DNA of 8,695 nt from an uncultured archaeon (GTDB taxonomy: Archaea > Iainarchaeota > Iainarchaeia > Iainarchaeales > 0-14-0-20-30-16). The translations under genes were made by a program, and so were the position numbers. The stretch spans positions 1 through 8,695 of the forward strand of contig CAZMGA010000021.1 in NCBI GenBank assembly GCA_964565725.1. Direction: 5' to 3'. Under the pieces are notes generated by a model, which saw nothing but the letters and a program-made list of their open reading frames with translations, made no database searches and was not told the origin of the DNA. Numbering within the stretch: the first letter of the stretch is position 1; each line of letters starts with the position of its first letter. Positions 6,126 through 8,695 of this stretch are shown piece after piece.

Positions 6126-8695
6126 ACACTCACTGTCTTTTTAGGTCTAAAAATTAAATATGCTACAATACCTAAAGCAACAATTAAAGCTATACCAATT
6201 ATAATTACATAAGATACATTTTTATAAAATATTTCTGCAACAGCAGAATGATTTGTTAATTCTATAAAATCAGAAGATGTACTAATATAATCTTTTACAG
6301 CTTCAAATTTTCCAGTTACTTTTTCTTCAGGATAAGGTACTTTTAGAGAATAAATTCCTTCATATTCCGGAGTAAATTTAGCATAACCTAATTCATCAGT
6401 TTTAATAATCCAACTTTCACCATTATATAAAATAATTATATCTTGATTAATTATAGGATTTTTATCTGCATCTAAAATTTGAATTATTTGTAATTCTCCA
6501 ACACCTAATTTATTTTTATAATTTATATAATAAACTCCATCTTTCCAATAACCCTCATCAAATATAGTTATGTTTTTATTTTCATCTATTTTATTATCAG
6601 GTCCTTCTTTAGGACTTGGTTCAGGCGCATTAGGAACAGGAACATCTATTTTATCTTCAATATATTCATATTCTAAATCTATATTTATATTTTCTTTTAC
6701 ATTTACACCAAAAATTTCAATTTTTAAATTTGATAATACACTTGAAAAATAAATTTCATTTAATTTATTTACAACTAACAACTCTTGTTTTTCACTATTA
6801 ATTTTATTATATATTTTTTTATAATCATCAGAATCTTTAGGATAACCTGTAATATCTACTATTAAATTAGATATTTCTGTATTGTTAAACAAATTAGATA
6901 ATGATAAATCAATAGTATATTTTTCATTATTTTTTGATTTCCCATTAGTATTACCTAACTTAATATCTTTTGTAAATACAACCAAATCATCATTCATTAC
7001 ATTTACTTTAATATCTTTTTGTAAATTTATAGATTCATAATCCAAATCAAATGTTAATTCATAATTATTTCCAAGAGTATATATAAACTTTGTATTTATA
7101 GGTTCGTTATTTATTTTTACATTAGATAAATCTAATTTAAAATGGTTTACTAATAAAGTATTTTCAACTATATTATTACTAGTACTTTTATCATCGTCAA
7201 TATCCAAATAATATTTCATATTTAAATATCCTTTAGAATCTACTAAATTATAAATATCAGAATCATCTATATTTAATTCTATATTACCTTCATCTTCTAA
7301 ATCCTCTATATTAATTGTTTTTATTAATTCATAATTTGAATTATTTTTAACATATATTTTCATATTTGCAAAATCTACTTCACCCGTACCAGATTTAGTT
7401 ATTTTATAAGGAATTTTTAAAGTATTATTAGTATTAAATACATTAGGATTTGTAATTCTTAATCTATAATCATAATATTTTGTAGAAGACCCTTTAGATC
7501 CAGTTGTTTGTTCACCCTCTTCATTATATTTTACTAAAGGATAATAATCATAAAAATTTGTGTCAACTTCAGATATTAATCCTAATATACTAAATCTAGA
7601 ATCATTTACACCATCAGAACCCTCTATATTTTGACTAATTCCTGAATATATATCCTCATATGCTAAATTTATAGTATCTTCTGTATCTAATAAATCTTCA
7701 GCAAACCAAAAATTACCACCAATTGTAGAATAATAATCTCTATATTCATAAGTTATAGGTATTTGTGATCTTATAGAAGCATTACTAGAATAATCTAAAT
7801 TAAAATTTATATCCAAATTTGAATTTATATCTCCAAAAAACCAATATTTTGTTAAATCTAAAATATTAGCATCTAAAAAAACATTATTAGATATTTTTCC
7901 AGAAACATTTGAATCTAAAGAATTAAAAAAATACCCTAAATTAATAAATGAATAAAGCATATTAAAAGTATTAATATTCGTGTCTATAAAATTAAATACA
8001 TTACCATCTATATAACCATTAATAGAATATATATTTACATTATTTAAATCACAATTATTTAAATCTATTAAACTATTATTTAAATTATAATATACCCCAT
8101 TTGAAATAAAAGTATTAACATCTAAATTATTTTCAAGATTTTCAAAATAAAATGGAGTACCATCACCATAAATATTTGCATCTATATATATTTTTGAAAT
8201 GTTTGAATCTATTGTTTTTATTATTCTTGAATTTTCATCCAAATAACTTGTAAAATAATCTACATTTAATTCATCAATATTTGATGCATTAATATCTACC
8301 AAATTAAAATTATATAAATTTAAGGTATCTTCGACAGATTCACTAAAAAGTATATTATTTAAAACACTATTTTCAACATAAATCAAATTCCCATTACTTA
8401 AATTCGTATCAAAAGCTGATCCAATATTAATGGTGTTTATTACAGTATTATTTTTTAAAGATATATAAGAATCATTTAATCTATTTAAAAAATTCAAATC
8501 CGATTCTATATTTACATTTAAAATATTTATATTAGAATCATCGAATATAATTGAATTTGATCTATTATTTGGACGCAATATGTTAGTATTAAAATTATAT
8601 AAATTTATATTGTTAATATCTCCAAACATAAATAAACTTGCGCTAGTATTAATTATAGAATTATAAAAATTTATATCTAAATATTCTATATTAGA
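6116..8695 (-). CDS. Large Asn-rich surface/cell-wall protein with C-terminal membrane anchor; N-terminus beyond the window
   Basis: The frame stays open from 8629 to the window edge (SNIEYLDINFYNSIINTSASLF upstream of the track's Met). It has an N-terminal beta-helix-like region rich in N/D/I/L, beta-rich extracellular-type domains, a Pro-rich linker (DVPVPNAPEPSPKEGP), a TDELGYAKFTPEYEGIYSLKVPY Ig/carboxypeptidase-regulatory-like module, many N-x-S/T sequons, and a C-terminal hydrophobic helix VSYVIIIGIALIVALGIVAYLIF followed by the basic tail RPKKTVSVWN. Confidence 0.75.
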   Translation of the reverse strand, partial: SNIEYLDINFYNSIINTSASLFMFGDINNINLYNFNTNILRPNNRSNSIIFDDSNINILNVNIESDLNFLNRLNDSYISLKNNTVINTINIGSAFDTNLSNGNLIYVENSVLNNILFSESVEDTLNLYNFNLVDINASNIDELNVDYFTSYLDENSRIIKTIDSNISKIYIDANIYGDGTPFYFENLENNLDVNTFISNGVYYNLNNSLIDLNNCDLNNVNIYSINGYIDGNVFNFIDTNINTFNMLYSFINLGYFFNSLDSNVSGKISNNVFLDANILDLTKYWFFGDINSNLDINFNLDYSSNASIRSQIPITYEYRDYYSTIGGNFWFAEDLLDTEDTINLAYEDIYSGISQNIEGSDGVNDSRFSILGLISEVDTNFYDYYPLVKYNEEGEQTTGSKGSSTKYYDYRLRITNPNVFNTNNTLKIPYKITKSGTGEVDFANMKIYVKNNSNYELIKTINIEDLEDEGNIELNIDDSDIYNLVDSKGYLNMKYYLDIDDDKSTSNNIVENTLLVNHFKLDLSNVKINNEPINTKFIYTLGNNYELTFDLDYESINLQKDIKVNVMNDDLVVFTKDIKLGNTNGKSKNNEKYTIDLSLSNLFNNTEISNLIVDITGYPKDSDDYKKIYNKINSEKQELLVVNKLNEIYFSSVLSNLKIEIFGVNVKENINIDLEYEYIEDKIDVPVPNAPEPSPKEGPDNKIDENKNITIFDEGYWKDGVYYINYKNKLGVGELQIIQILDADKNPIINQDIIILYNGESWIIKTDELGYAKFTPEYEGIYSLKVPYPEEKVTGKFEAVKDYISTSSDFIELTNHSAVAEIFYKNVSYVIIIGIALIVALGIVAYLIFRPKKTVSVWN

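Noticed and set aside
6570-6752. 60-aa plus-strand ORF (MFLFSSILLSGPSLGLG...)
   Set aside because: It is antisense to the Pro-rich linker of the large surface protein and has low complexity, so it is treated as a shadow ORF.
8627-8629. ATG at 8629 as the start of the surface protein
   Set aside because: The frame continues with no stop to position 8695 in the same Asn-rich style, and the Met is not followed by a signal peptide.
6116-8695. Tandem DNA repeats or a CRISPR-like array in the repetitive-looking AT-rich region
   Set aside because: The similarity is at the amino-acid strand-turn level and the nucleotide units are irregular. No regularly spaced identical repeats were seen.

Overview
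Compact, very AT-rich window (roughly a quarter G+C by eye) with tightly packed or overlapping genes. It looks archaeal, possibly DPANN-like; that placement is inference. Layout: hisS-like gene (+, 5' end off the window) > convergent with an operon on the minus strand (DJ-1/PfpI-like protein, then a metallophosphoesterase fused to a DEDD RNase H-fold exonuclease). A 48-bp divergent intergenic region follows, then a plus-strand pair: a short [FeFe]-hydrogenase catalytic subunit without an N-terminal ferredoxin-like domain, and a membrane-anchored transglutaminase-like protein. That pair converges on a FkbM-type methyltransferase and a large Asn-rich surface/cell-wall protein (minus strand, 5' end off the window). 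The strongest lead is the gene after the hydrogenase. Its real reading frame starts at ATG 4531, not at the TTG 4684 in the ORF track, and encodes a two-knuckle zinc ribbon (CPYC...CP*C) interrupted by one in-frame TAG at 4627-4629 exactly between the last two cysteine-ligand positions. A perfect 9-bp inverted repeat begins 9 nt downstream of that TAG. This could be stop-codon readthrough or amber recoding, or a point mutation or sequencing error. The second lead is the hydrogenase itself: all H-cluster cysteines are present, but outer proton-path residues and the last cysteine motif diverge. No tRNA, rRNA, CRISPR array or mobile element could be supported.
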